From Lepidodermella squamata (lineage: Eukaryota; Animalia; Gastrotricha): a stretch of DNA of 64,000 nucleotides. Location of the stretch: contig JBLDXI010000059.1 in the NCBI GenBank assembly GCA_047495785.1, positions 1 through 64,000 of the forward strand, read 5' to 3'. Positions 42,247 through 53,634 of the stretch are shown one piece after another. The notes under the pieces were generated by a model. That model was not told the origin of the DNA. It saw nothing but the letters and a program-made list of their open reading frames with translations, and made no database searches. Position 1 is the stretch's first letter, and every line of letters begins with the position of its first letter. The position numbers and the translations under genes are program-made.

Positions 42247-45200
42247 TTACGCTAGAAAGACAGTTTCACTTTCTTTGATTGCATTTTTCAGCTGAGCCAG
42301 GATGACTGAGCGATGAATTTCACGATCGGAAATGTAGATCTTGCGACAGCGCTTGTCATTTTTGGAAAGACCAGCCAGGATGATACCAGATAACATCACA
42401 ACCAAATAGTACATTTTAAACAGATATAGCTGCTGCCCTCGCAATTTTTGACGGCGAAATGCCGGTTTCATGTCATTAATTTTTTCGGAAATCGTTCGGA
42501 TTGACACGGCAAGTGCGTACATCATTGCAATCATTCGCCGGGGCTTCACCGCCTCGTCGAGATCAGCCAGAAATGGCGATGAACCGAAAATGGCGACAAG
42601 CATTGCCATGTAATTTTGGAAATCAGGCAGGGTAGCTTCGGATGTTGCGACGCAAGTACATTCGATGAATTCGTTAACAGCTCGACCAGCCACATTTTGG
42701 AGTTGAGATTTGTACTTTGCGAGAACTTGCTGGCGATAGCTTTCAGTCCCAGCAGCGATGCATCTCAGGTAATTAGCGACACATTCGTGCGAAACAAAGT
42801 CGAACTGGTTTTTCGGGTTTAGAACAACGCTTAGAAAAACGTCACTGATTTCAGGCCGGCGGAAGTAATCGGCAAACGATGAGCGGTAGCTTTTAACAGC
42901 CAGAAAGTCGGAAACAACGTTGATGACATCAGCGTATGGACCATTGCCATCACACAACGCAGAGGCTGATGGATCGCTGAACCTGATTCCAGGTAATTTT
43001 GGCACCAATACGGCATAGGTTTTGAACAGTCGTTCGGAATATTCCGGGCAATTCACAAGCTCAACCAGTAATGAATAATCTTTGAGGTGCAAGCGGCCGT
43101 TGACAACGTTGAGAATGCTCTCTAAAAATACATGAATACAGTATTTATCGAAAAGAATAAATTTTCGCGCATTTAGAACTACTTACTTAAATTAAATTGA
43201 AAATTGAGAATTTTTGGAAATTTCAAAATTTTTAATTTTCAATTAATTAACAGTACACTTTAATTCCGATATCCAAGGACTAACACTGACTCGATCAACG
43301 CTGACTTTGAACATGGGCAGAAATTAAATCCTAGGGTTTAAGCCATGAATTTCTTTATTTCCTGCTTTTTAAGATTAAAACTTAATGCAAAGCCAATTCA
43401 TGCTTCTACTGCTGATTCCAAGTTACTTTATACAGGCAGTCATCGCCCGAACGTTTGTTGCTATGGCAAATGGAAACGTTGACTCGTCAATTTCCATATT
43501 TAGCTCTGCTGAGCGGTTTACCCTCGTTCTGCAATATGAGCACGCCATCGACATCATAAGACCACTGGTCAAGCCCGTTGATCTGAAACCAAGCTGCGAC
43601 ACTAGATTCACCGATGTCTACGATTTTGAATCGCCCGTCGGACCTGAGACGGAGGTAAACGTCAATCTCGCTGGTCGAGTTCTTCAATTCACCCATAAAG
43701 GCATCGTCACTACGACTCAGGGCGACCACAACCGCGACATTGCTGGAGCTGTTTTAACAGTCGTTAATTCAGTGAACGTTATGCTAAGTTAGTAATGATA
43801 ATTATTTATTAAGATATTTTCAAGTCGCGAGGTTCACGAGGTTCAAGAGATCTTATTCAGATATTCATTTTGAATCTTGATTTTATCTTGATTTGAAATT
43901 TTCGCAGATATTCTGATCTGGGGCGACAAGGAAGTCGCGTTATTGGAACGTCTTCAACGTGAACATTTGATAGCTGGCCAACATGTGTGGGCATATTGGG
44001 TTCAAGCTTGCGTTCGACGGGATGGCATAGTTGTGACGTGTGGCCGAACTTTCATCGGGCTTGACAGCACTGCTCGCCGAGATTTGATGGTACAGCCCAA
44101 CAGGTCAGACCGCTGGGAGTTTCGCCGGACGGATACTGTTTTGTTGCGAGATCTCGAAGCAGCTCGAAAGCAACGGTTATTAGATCCCGTCGAGGCTGCA
44201 GCTGAAGCCGCCGTTGCTCAACAACACGCCGCTCAACCAGCCCTATCTCCAGGTCCAGCCGCTGCTCCTAATAATGGTCCAACTGTCTCCATAGCTACTG
44301 CAGCTGCACAGCCGCTTATCGCATACGCGGCGATATTTCTCGAATTTTTTAGCGAGGACAATCGTGTGCGCACCATGCGCCAAGCCGATGACCTCCGCAT
44401 AATCTTCAATAGAGTAAATTTAGAATTTTATAGCCAATAGGTATATTTTGCCACTTTCTTTCACTTAACTTTCGTGAAACATAGCTGTCCGACTGAAGAC
44501 ACCCCAACAAGCGACCCTAAGAGCGCTCATTCAGGACCCTTGGCTTCGGCCCGTCAATTCAACGAATGGGACGGGACGTCTTAAAATGAATCCATTTCTT
44601 TTTACTTTTTATTTTCGTGAAATTTTCTCTCTACGACTTCGTGCGTTGTTCAGGCAAATTCAAAACATCTCTGCTCTTCCCTCCGTTTCCTCTGCGGCGT
44701 TTCCTCCGTTTGTGATATTTTCCGTAAAATTGCCGCTATGGCGTTACTTTCTCACGCCCACTCGCCGGCGATCCTGGGCCAATTCGTGCCATGCTGTTAC
44801 TTTTATGTAACCACCGGACGATTCCTCGCCATCGGTTGTGTTTTCACGGAGGCGGCTGCCTATATTTCTGTCGCTATCACATGCATTGTGTCCCAACAAG
44901 ATTATAGCTTACCTGCGATCTCTGCTACTCTGGCTGCCTCATCCTTGCTGGATAGGCTAACAATAATCGTGATCACATTACCACACCGCTCCAATTGAGC
45001 GGCTTAAATTTTACTGGTTTGCGGATCTCAATGAAAGTGAACCGCTGGCCGTACCTAGTGACATTCTCAAGTTTCGGTACATACACTATCTGGACAAAAA
45101 GATTGGCACAAGGCGAAAATAAGTGTAAAATTGACCATATGTTGCTTTCGCGCGCTCTAGGAACTTATGATGCCACAAATTGTTTTCGCGCCATCACGTC

Positions 45201-48200
45201 CTTAATAAACCTCAAGTTTAGACATGAATTCATTCATCCGCCATGCACACACCCACTATTCGAGCCCGAATCATCGGTATGCGAGAGGGTGGCATTTCAT
45301 GCCCTTTCATTGCCGAAAGGCTTGGATTGCCTAAGCGTACAGTCTATAGAATCGTTGAAATGTTTGAGAAACGTAAGGTAATAAAGGGCCGAACCAGTCC
45401 TGGCCGTCCCCAGAAGTTGACTGACTCGGCTGTGCGTCGACTAGCCCGAGAGGCGCGGTCGAGCAGAAGAATGTCGACTCCAAAGCTGGTCGGTAGGTTC
45501 CCGATGTGACCATTTCCAAGCTCTGGGCTCTATTCCTTCCCTATTTAGCCTCATTTAACGTTACCCTGAGCCCTAGGAGGCGCATTTCGCCCAAGACAGC
45601 AACTCGTCGGTTGAAGGCGGTCGGTTTCAAGCGCAAAGTTGCCGCTAAGAAACTTGCTTTGTCGGCTGCCGATCGATCCAAGCGTTTGAAGTGGGCCAAA
45701 GAACATCGGGATTGGTCGGTCGAAGACTGGAAGAAAGTGATGTTTACCGATGAATGCCGGTTTGGCTTCCGTTCGGATGGTCGGCAATGGGTTTGGCGGC
45801 GAGTTGGAGAACGTTTTCACCCCGATTGCACGATCACAAAGTCGAAAAGTCGGGCTGGAGTCATGTACTGGGGCGCGATCACCTCAAACGGGCAGTTCCA
45901 CTTCCGCAAGTGTGAAGGGCGCGTCAATGCCAATCAGTACATTCAGATCTTGACGGCGGCCGGCATTCAACGAAGAACCAACACGAAAACATTCATGGAC
46001 GACAATGCACCCATTCACCGCGCCAAAACCGTGACAGCTTGGCTCAATCGCAACCGCGTGCGACGTTTGAAGAGCTGGCCCGCCTATTCTCCCGACTTGA
46101 ACCCCATTGAAAATGTTTGGGCGGTGATGAAACAGCGTCTACGTCAGCGCGTTCCACAGCCAGTCTCGCTGGATGACCTTGAAATGGCCGTCGAAGAGGA
46201 ATGGGACGCTATTGGTCAAGAAATCATCGAAAACCTGTACCAATCCATGCCCAACCGCTGTCAGATGGTCATCCAATCCAAAGGCGCGCCCATCAATTAT
46301 TAGGGCCTCGGTTGACTTTCCATGCTTAAATTGACTCTTTTTCACTTTGTCCATCGATTTCACTCATTTGAGTTGGTTTTAGGCTAAATATAAACGAATT
46401 AGGCCAATAAAATAGCTTAAACGCGTGTTTTTGAGCAGTGTGCCAATCTTTTTGTCCAGATAGTGTAGCACCTTTGCACATGTTCAAATGTGACACTTAT
46501 TTCGCCAAAAAAGTGACATCGACTATAGTAAAATATCGCGTAAAATAACGTAGGCCGAACCCAGGCCAGGACGGACTTGACAATACCAATGGATACGAGT
46601 ATAAACGATACCATTTTCAGAAAAAGACCAAACTGTTTATATTTTTAATGTTGTAAGCCTATGAAAAATGTCACCAAAAATGTTACGATACGACAGGAAA
46701 CTGCTGATAACCACGGCCTTCATTCGTTAGCCGTTTGTAAAAACCCCAATGTGAGGACTGAGGAAATTCTGGAATCGCTGTATTCTAAGGTGGATTCTAC
46801 AAACCCAGGCGCTGAACTGTCCGTTACACATCTTGCAATCTCTATATGCCTCCCGTTAATGATGCTAACTTCTGAGAATTGAGAAGCCTCTTGAAGTACC
46901 TCTTTAAACCCTGCGTTGCACAGATAAAATTCCATAACGTGCGCATTTACCTGTCATTGAAAGCTACACCGCATGATTTGTTACAATTTAGAATTTACTG
47001 AGCAAGACCCAATAATAATTGCCAATATGTAAGTATTATAATACGTTACATCGGTTAAACAGGGTATTCGCGCGATAATACTTTTCTAATAATAGCTTTT
47101 AGCTTTGCTGCTCTTTTCATGCACTTGAACTTTTTTGTAGCTATTTTTAGCTCAATCAGAGCATAGATAGCCCTGTAAATCTCTCATTAAAAAAAATGAA
47201 AAAAATTCTTACGAAATAAGTCGAAGTCGATCGATTTCACTCGGGACATATTTTCAACAAGAAATTCGAGTCTGAAGGTCCAGTGCAAAGCAGACGTCAC
47301 ATGAGCTGTAGCGTGTCCTTTGATGAAAATGTCATCGAACATGGTCAGCGACGGCAGGATTGCATTCATGACTCTCATTAGCTCTTTCGTGGTGACAGTC
47401 GGTTCAACGGGCAAAATACTCGCCGGTGGTCTATTAATTAGTTCCGATTTCCATTCGGCAAAATTAATCTGACCAAGAGTGAACAGAAGATCGAGAACTT
47501 TGCGACACTCGACCCTTGACAAATTGCTCATGCTTTTGAAAATCATCGGATGCTCTTCGTCGATAATTCGAGTCAAACGTTGAATGAAAGTCGCCGATAT
47601 GTCGGGCTGATCCTTATCGCAGATTGTTTTACGATCGACGCTGAAGCGTTCACCCATGAAAATCGACAGCCAGCCCATCGAAATGTAGAACTTCACGTCA
47701 TCGTACGGCGGAACAACTGGCAGTTTGTGGTGAACAGAATCGATTGGCATTATCATCAAATGCATGCACGTAAAGAAGAGCAGACTTTCGAAATTAAACG
47801 TGATCAATGAGTAGTCGTATTGAGCCAATCGAATCAGCGACTCTTTTGTGACAACGGTCTTCGCAAAATTCGATATCAGGACCTGGAACCATTTTTTACG
47901 CACTAAATCAGGCTCGCCAACTAAAGTATTCAATATCCGAATTAAACAGGTCATGAACCTCAACTTGGCCGGTTCATCTGTGCCGAAGTTGACCGACGTG
48001 AACAGATCAGAAACAGCTTGAGAGTTGGCAAAGCGAGATACAATGCGATCAACATTATCTTCGAGATACTCGCGGTTTTGATCCTTTTTAATTTCGAATT
48101 GATATAAAATGTGGGTTGCGGGGAACAAATTTTCCTCCCACGGCGTGCTTGTCTTGAACGATAACAGCTTATCAAACGATTTCGCGAGGTCTTGCGCAGT

Positions 48201-48629
48201 CAAAGAACAGGTCGGGAAAAGCTCTTCGTAACCTTTTTCTACAACTTCTTTAAAAATTCGTTTGCTATGAATTTTACTGGCGACGAAGGCCAATGAAACT
48301 GCTTCTTTCAGTCGGTTCAGCTTTTTAAGGCAATCAATAGCTAGTTCGAAATCTTGGCAGGAAAAATCTCCATTCAGCCTGCTCACTTCGACTAAAGCTG
48401 AATAGGCTTTCGCGTACATTTCTTCGCGGAAAAATTTCATCGCCGAAGTTCGAAGCTCGTTTACTTTTTCTAGTCGAGCTTTTACAGCATCCCTGCCACC
48501 AGCTGCCTTCAAACGAATTTCGTCGCAAATTTTCTTCGCATCTTGCGGATTGTTCAGCTGCAACAGTAAACTGTAAACTTCCCTGGAACCTGGTTTAGTT
48601 TTATCTCCGAAAATCAATTCAAAAGCCAT
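42247..48629 (-). CDS. Family A copy A10, 763 aa, split by a 4091-nt intron (43122-47212)
   Basis: TTT C|GTAAG donor and TTTTTAG|AG AGC acceptor are phase-compatible. The join reads DFDLFQSILNVVNGRLHLKDYSLLVELVNCPEYSERL and restores the family length. Confidence 0.8.
43385..44440 (+). CDS. Nested antisense gene, OB-fold-like (RPA70-type) protein; intron 43788-43907; 5' end uncertain
   Basis: Phase-1 splice gives VNVNLAGRVLQF...AVLTVVNSVNVMLNILIWGDKEVALLE...GQHVWAYWVQ, resembling OB-fold strands (VDvxGxV...LtLWG). Followed by an Ala/Pro-rich tail. Confidence 0.5.
45084..46465 (+). mobile_element. Tc1/mariner transposon, 1382 bp, apparently intact
   Basis: Perfect 27-bp TIRs CACTATCTGGACAAAAAGATTGGCACA (45084-45110, 46439-46465) and TA target-site duplication on both sides. 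Confidence 0.97.
45243..46303 (+). CDS. Tc1-family transposase (334 aa, intron 45493-45548, DD35E)
   Basis: Paired-like HTH with GRPQK, then VMFTDE, MDDNAPIH and WPAYSPDLNPIENVW. A 56-nt GTAGGT...TTTAG intron joins the two track ORFs in frame. Confidence 0.93.
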
Positions 48630-48920
48630 CTAAATGAAAGCGTCACAGCAATTCAAAAAAAACGCAATAAGACACAAAATTTAACTAGAGATTCAAAATT
48701 CTCACGAAGTGATCCATGACTCATCAACCTTCGCTGAGATCAAATGATAGAGATCAGATTAACAAGAGAGGAAATGCCTAAATTTTTCTGCAAAAATTAA
48801 TTATGAAAATATTTTTAAGGAGGAATTTTTAAAATGACAAATCACTCAAGTATTCTCCGAACATTCAGAACAGAGTTCCCTCCCTGGTTAATCTGATTCC
48901 TATAAAGATCAACACATAAA

Positions 48921-50223
48921 TTAAACATTTTCATGATTGCGCAGCGCGCCTAGTTTGATCCGATTAATAGAATTGAGCTTTTCAGTCGATTTTTCAGGCT
49001 CGACCACTGACTGCCTAGCATCATTAGATTGCTGATTCACCAAACCGACGATGAGCACTTCAACAGAAGACGCCGGCAAAGCTTTTCCGGTTAAATAAGT
49101 CTCGACTCGAAGCTTGGACGTGAATGTCTCGCCAATTTTCCGATTTTTTGTATCAAAATTAAGGCGAACCGGAGCCTGCTCCCCAGGGCCTAACTCTAGC
49201 CGGTCGACCAGGTAGTTCTTATCGCCGTCAAAAGTCGCAGAAATTTCAACTGGGCACGATCCATTGTTGGCAATCATCATGCGACGAGTCGTCAATCGCC
49301 CAGCCTGGCAGGGAATGACCAGATTATCGAGTTCCTTCGCATTTTCATCGAGTATTTTCACATCGATCGATTCGAATTTCACGATCATATTTCGACAGCA
49401 TAAATCGATCGGCGGGGATGTCATAGTAGACAAAACCAGGTCGATATGAGCGCTGTCGCGTTCACGACGAGGTAAACAAAACATTGTAAATTCTTGCTTC
49501 GAAAATTGAGTAATGTCAAAAGTTAAGCTGGATTGAGTTCCAGCTAGAGATGAAACCTTCGCTAGATTCGTGTCATAAGACAAGCCGAAATGCAGAGAAG
49601 CCCAGTCGGGGCAAATTCTAACTTGCAGAGGTAAAGGTGAATCAGCAAGAGAATTGAAAGAACGCAGTTTGATTGAAAATACAGCAGAGCGGCAAGTACC
49701 GACTGGCACTGAGTCGAATGAATCTTCTTCGCCGCTTATTTCGAGATCAACCGCTGGAACGGACGCGTAAGCTGCGAATCGAATAGGGTGACAAATGAAA
49801 GACTTGTTGTCAGAACTAATAAATAAGTTGATTTTAGCCGAATACGACCCGGGCTTCTGGGGCCGGAAGTCGAATTTCAGCGCGACAGTGCCGCCCGGGG
49901 TAAGGGCCGCTGATGGCTTAGTGGCAATAAATTGATCGGTTGCCACGACAAGTTCTCCATTCAATCGCAAGGTTTCGACTACAGAGGAGATTTTCAGCAG
50001 AGGATCGGCGCAATCAGGTCGCATTTCGAGCTCTAGAACGGTTTCATAGCACTGACCAATCCAGAGATCAACATCTTCCTCTAGCCAATTAGCGTAAATC
50101 GGAGAATCATCCCACAAAGTTAATGAATCGAACTAAAATTAGAAGAATTTATATATCAGAAGATGAAAATGTTCAAATTGAACTGACTTGATCGGTTAAA
50201 TCTGCGAGGGCAATATCGGCCAT
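48921..50223 (-). CDS. ASH/PapD-like Ig-fold repeat protein C2 (intron 50133-50187)
   Basis: LTPGGTVALKFDFRPQKPGSYSAKI, MMIANNGSCPVEI and LELGPGEQAPVRLNF motifs. Shares VGxCRSAVFS and HFGL with C1. Confidence 0.65.
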
Positions 50224-50335
50224 GCGAATGCCGAAAATCAATTTAATAATAACACTATACCGAAATAGATTTCAAAAATCAATAATTTGACGATTTCTTT
50301 ATCACACAAAGCTTCAACAAATAGGCACAATTATT

Positions 50336-52624
50336 TCAAATTGAATCAATTTTCTTTGCAGCAGATTCCAGCTCGCCAATAACGCTTTCCAACGCTTTTC
50401 TCTGATTCTCGAAAACACCAATCGCTTTCATTTCTTCGGTTAGATGCCGAACAAAATGTGACAAGCTGTCATATGGCCATGACTTGGCATCAAGCGGTTC
50501 GGCAAGGGCTCGATTCGAAATCAACTCGACTAGTTTATCGATCTCTTGAGGTAATGCATCACTTTTCGAGAGGTTTTCAAATGAAACAATCGCAGGCTTT
50601 CGAATTACGATTTCGTTAAATGATTTCAGAGTCGAGTTGTAATTTTTTGCCTTGACTTTCTTTCCAGGATTCACGATTCTCTCGAATAGATCCAACGCCA
50701 GTCGTTGCAATGGAGCCGCGAGCTGTTTCACCCAACGTCGCCGAGATTCATCATCCGCTCGGCTGAGCAATTGCTCGAGGAATTTCACGCTGATGGGGTT
50801 GCCTTTATCGAAGAAATTCCCCTTTTCAAGAGCAAATCGAATGACAGTCAGTGCGCATTCCTCGTAGAAAAATCTAGAAAAATGACTCGAGCTGTCTGAG
50901 CTTGATAGAAGAGTGAAAACAGCGTCCATCGCGAGTCGGAACGTCTCTTTGCCGTCCAAACCCTCCTTCTCCAGCCGCTCACTAATCGCTGGGATTTGCT
51001 TGGAAATCGAACGTAAAAATGACTCAGCAAATGGCTGGCAATTTGCGAGATTAGCCACCTGACTAGGACTTGCGGCAATCCAGCAAGCGTAGGGTGTTAG
51101 CTGGAAATTATCGACGAGGTAAACACAGTCGTTTTTCTCAAACTTCTTCATATCCGGAGCGAGACTTTCAACCAGATGAGCCGATAGCACAAATAGAGAT
51201 AAATGCTCGAGGAAATACGAATTTAGCTTGTTGTCTTTTCCGAAGCAATGGCTGATTTTCGTTAAAAGTCGACTCATGTGGGAGAATAAATCGGTTTCAG
51301 TGATTGATTTGTAGTTTAAAGCTGATTTCGATTTCTTAAAAATGACATCTTTCCACTCCGCGTAATTGACAGCAGTGATTAATAGGATCAAGTCGAGCGA
51401 TTTTCCGAAATCTTCACGCGATAAATTTTCCAGCTGGCTCTTGAATGAAGCATGAGACACTAGTTGCTTCAGAAAAAGAGGAACTGTGTCGACAAAAGGC
51501 GAAATTACGTTCTCAGCAACCCCACTTTGTTCGCCGGTTCGAACGCCGTCGAAAATCACCATTGGCAAACAGCCGCATAGCCAGGTGAAATCGTGGAATG
51601 GCGATAGATTTCCATCGGAAAACGGACTAGTATCAGCATTTTCAGTTGAAAGCGCCTCTAGTAACGGGTAGGCTAGCGCCAACCAAGATCGAATCAGCGG
51701 GTCGATCGAGCCGGGTATTTGCTGCGACATCTTCACGTAAAAATCCCGCGTCGCCAGGGTCGAAGTTAAACACGCCAGCAATTTGAAGCACCAATGCTGG
51801 GCGATTAGTTCACGTTTAATCGACTTGTTAACAATCATTTTCTGCCACCAAAAATCGATGACTGGGAGGAAATTCTCGAGAAAACGACGATCAGCCCCAG
51901 TTAAGTTTCCGGACTTGACTTTCGCTAAAACAGCGACAATGGCTGGAACAGTTTTAATTTTCACGAAAAAATCGTTCCGTTGAGCTAGAATCGTTTCCGA
52001 CTCAGTTTTCCGGTATTTTCGATGAGCTTGAACGTGGTAGAGCAAGAAAGTAAGCTGGTCGAGATTCGAATTCGGGCCAATTTCAAATTTCAAAATGTTA
52101 TCCAGGGTTTCTTCCAAATCAGAGTCGCCAAACGGCTTCGGAACGACGATGCTGAAACGATCTTCGCTGATGATTTTTTCGAGTTGATTTTTAACAAAAT
52201 CGTGATAACCCAGAGCGTGGTAGCTCCAGGCATACATTGACGCCAACTGACTTCGCGAACCTTCACAGGCGTGTTTGACGAAAACGATCGCCTCATCGAA
52301 GCGCTTCAACTCGATCAGCACTGACATGAAGCAGATAAGTCGATCTGGGCTGGATAAAGCTCCGGCTTGTTCAATCGCCTCGTAAAATGCCGAATAAGCT
52401 TCGAGGTAGTTGTTAGCAGCAAATGCATCGCTGCCGTGATTTTCCAGGTCTTGGATTCGGTGCTTCATGTCGTGAACAGCCTCTTTCCCGCCAGCAGCGT
52501 TCAAACGGGCAGCGTCGCAAAACCTCTCGACATCAGTTCTCTCTTTGAGCGAAAGTAAAACATTGTACACATCAGCCGATCCGGGAACGGCGCCAGACCC
52601 GTAAATTAGCTCAAATGCGTCCAT
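50336..52624 (-). CDS. Family A copy A11, 762 aa
   Basis: MDAFELIYGSGAVPGS start, the clearest TPR (LENHGSDAFAANNYLEAYSAFYEAI), and PFHDFTW and LDLIL...AEW motifs. Confidence 0.9.
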   Translation of the reverse strand: MDAFELIYGSGAVPGSADVYNVLLSLKERTDVERFCDAARLNAAGGKEAVHDMKHRIQDLENHGSDAFAANNYLEAYSAFYEAIEQAGALSSPDRLICFMSVLIELKRFDEAIVFVKHACEGSRSQLASMYAWSYHALGYHDFVKNQLEKIISEDRFSIVVPKPFGDSDLEETLDNILKFEIGPNSNLDQLTFLLYHVQAHRKYRKTESETILAQRNDFFVKIKTVPAIVAVLAKVKSGNLTGADRRFLENFLPVIDFWWQKMIVNKSIKRELIAQHWCFKLLACLTSTLATRDFYVKMSQQIPGSIDPLIRSWLALAYPLLEALSTENADTSPFSDGNLSPFHDFTWLCGCLPMVIFDGVRTGEQSGVAENVISPFVDTVPLFLKQLVSHASFKSQLENLSREDFGKSLDLILLITAVNYAEWKDVIFKKSKSALNYKSITETDLFSHMSRLLTKISHCFGKDNKLNSYFLEHLSLFVLSAHLVESLAPDMKKFEKNDCVYLVDNFQLTPYACWIAASPSQVANLANCQPFAESFLRSISKQIPAISERLEKEGLDGKETFRLAMDAVFTLLSSSDSSSHFSRFFYEECALTVIRFALEKGNFFDKGNPISVKFLEQLLSRADDESRRRWVKQLAAPLQRLALDLFERIVNPGKKVKAKNYNSTLKSFNEIVIRKPAIVSFENLSKSDALPQEIDKLVELISNRALAEPLDAKSWPYDSLSHFVRHLTEEMKAIGVFENQRKALESVIGELESAAKKIDSI

Positions 52625-53634
52625 AAAACAAAAAAATTAATCGGATCCTAGTTTCGGCACAAGTCCTATGCGTTTTATCCTCAGGCAAAACCGCAGGAAA
52701 TAATGACCTTCAAAAGCGGAGATCGCATCTACGCAAAGCACAAATTATTGCAGCGGCCAGAACTGCACTGTGAAATCTTAGTCAGCTGAAAAATTTAACA
52801 CGGCCACAAAGTGAAGAGCAGTGACTAAATGCAGAAATTCGCCTATTCCACTGAAAAATTGAATGGTAAATTTGCCTGACAGGCAATCGCCAAGTAAATG
52901 GCTGAAAAAGAATGGAAAAAATGGCAGCGATACTAATACTGATAACGTGGTTGTTTATTCCAAAGCGTGTGTGATAGTATAAGCAAAACATGAATTTGCA
53001 GCTGTGTGTGTGGCGTGTTTAGTGTGGCACGCGACATGAGCCGCCTCTAATAAAACACACACTCCATTCATAAAAACGTGGAGTGGTAAGTTTATTGCTT
53101 GCTGCGCACAGCAAAATGGTAATGAAACTCACTCGAAAAACAGCAACTTGACTACACTAATTGTGGCGCAATTTTCGAAGCAGCTTTTTCAGTTTTGCAA
53201 CGAACGACTCCGAAATTGCGAATTTATTTTATGATTGCGAACTGAGGAAAACATTATTTACCGTTTCGCTGCCGCCATTCAAATTTTTGAGTGTCTAAGC
53301 TGTCGATTTGAGAATAAAAAAAGTATGGCTAGGAGATGGGAAAAACGTCGTCGTGATTTGATACAAATTTCATATAAGTTGACCGACATCGGACATATAG
53401 GTGTAGCTTCTTTGCTCACCCTTTGCCTTGTCAAACCATGTCGTGTTGGTAAGAAATGTCGTGCTCGGTTTCTCTTTCGTTTAACGTGGAGGATCGCCAG
53501 AAAAATGACTTAGTCGTGACGTGGGTTGCTTTTGCATGTTATACCTAATCTCCTATTAGCGTCATTTGAACACCTTTCAGCTTCTTCAACACATTTTTTC
53601 TGAACGCAATTAAGAAACTTGTTGTTCGTCAACA

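Noticed and set aside
3176-52558. Numerous short plus-strand ORFs antisense to the large genes
   Set aside because: Shadow ORFs with no motifs. Their similarity to each other simply mirrors the paralogy of the sense genes.
1-52624. Endogenous giant virus or bacterial contig (dense, intronless, co-oriented ORFs)
   Set aside because: No capsid, polymerase, ATPase or other viral or bacterial hallmark genes. Conserved spliceosomal introns, a eukaryotic tRNA and animal transposons are present.
50336-52624. Calling family A UNC-45 or ZYG-11/ZER1
   Set aside because: The TPR-plus-helical layout is only superficially similar. No Hsp90 clamp residues, UCS motifs, LRRs or BC box could be identified by eye.
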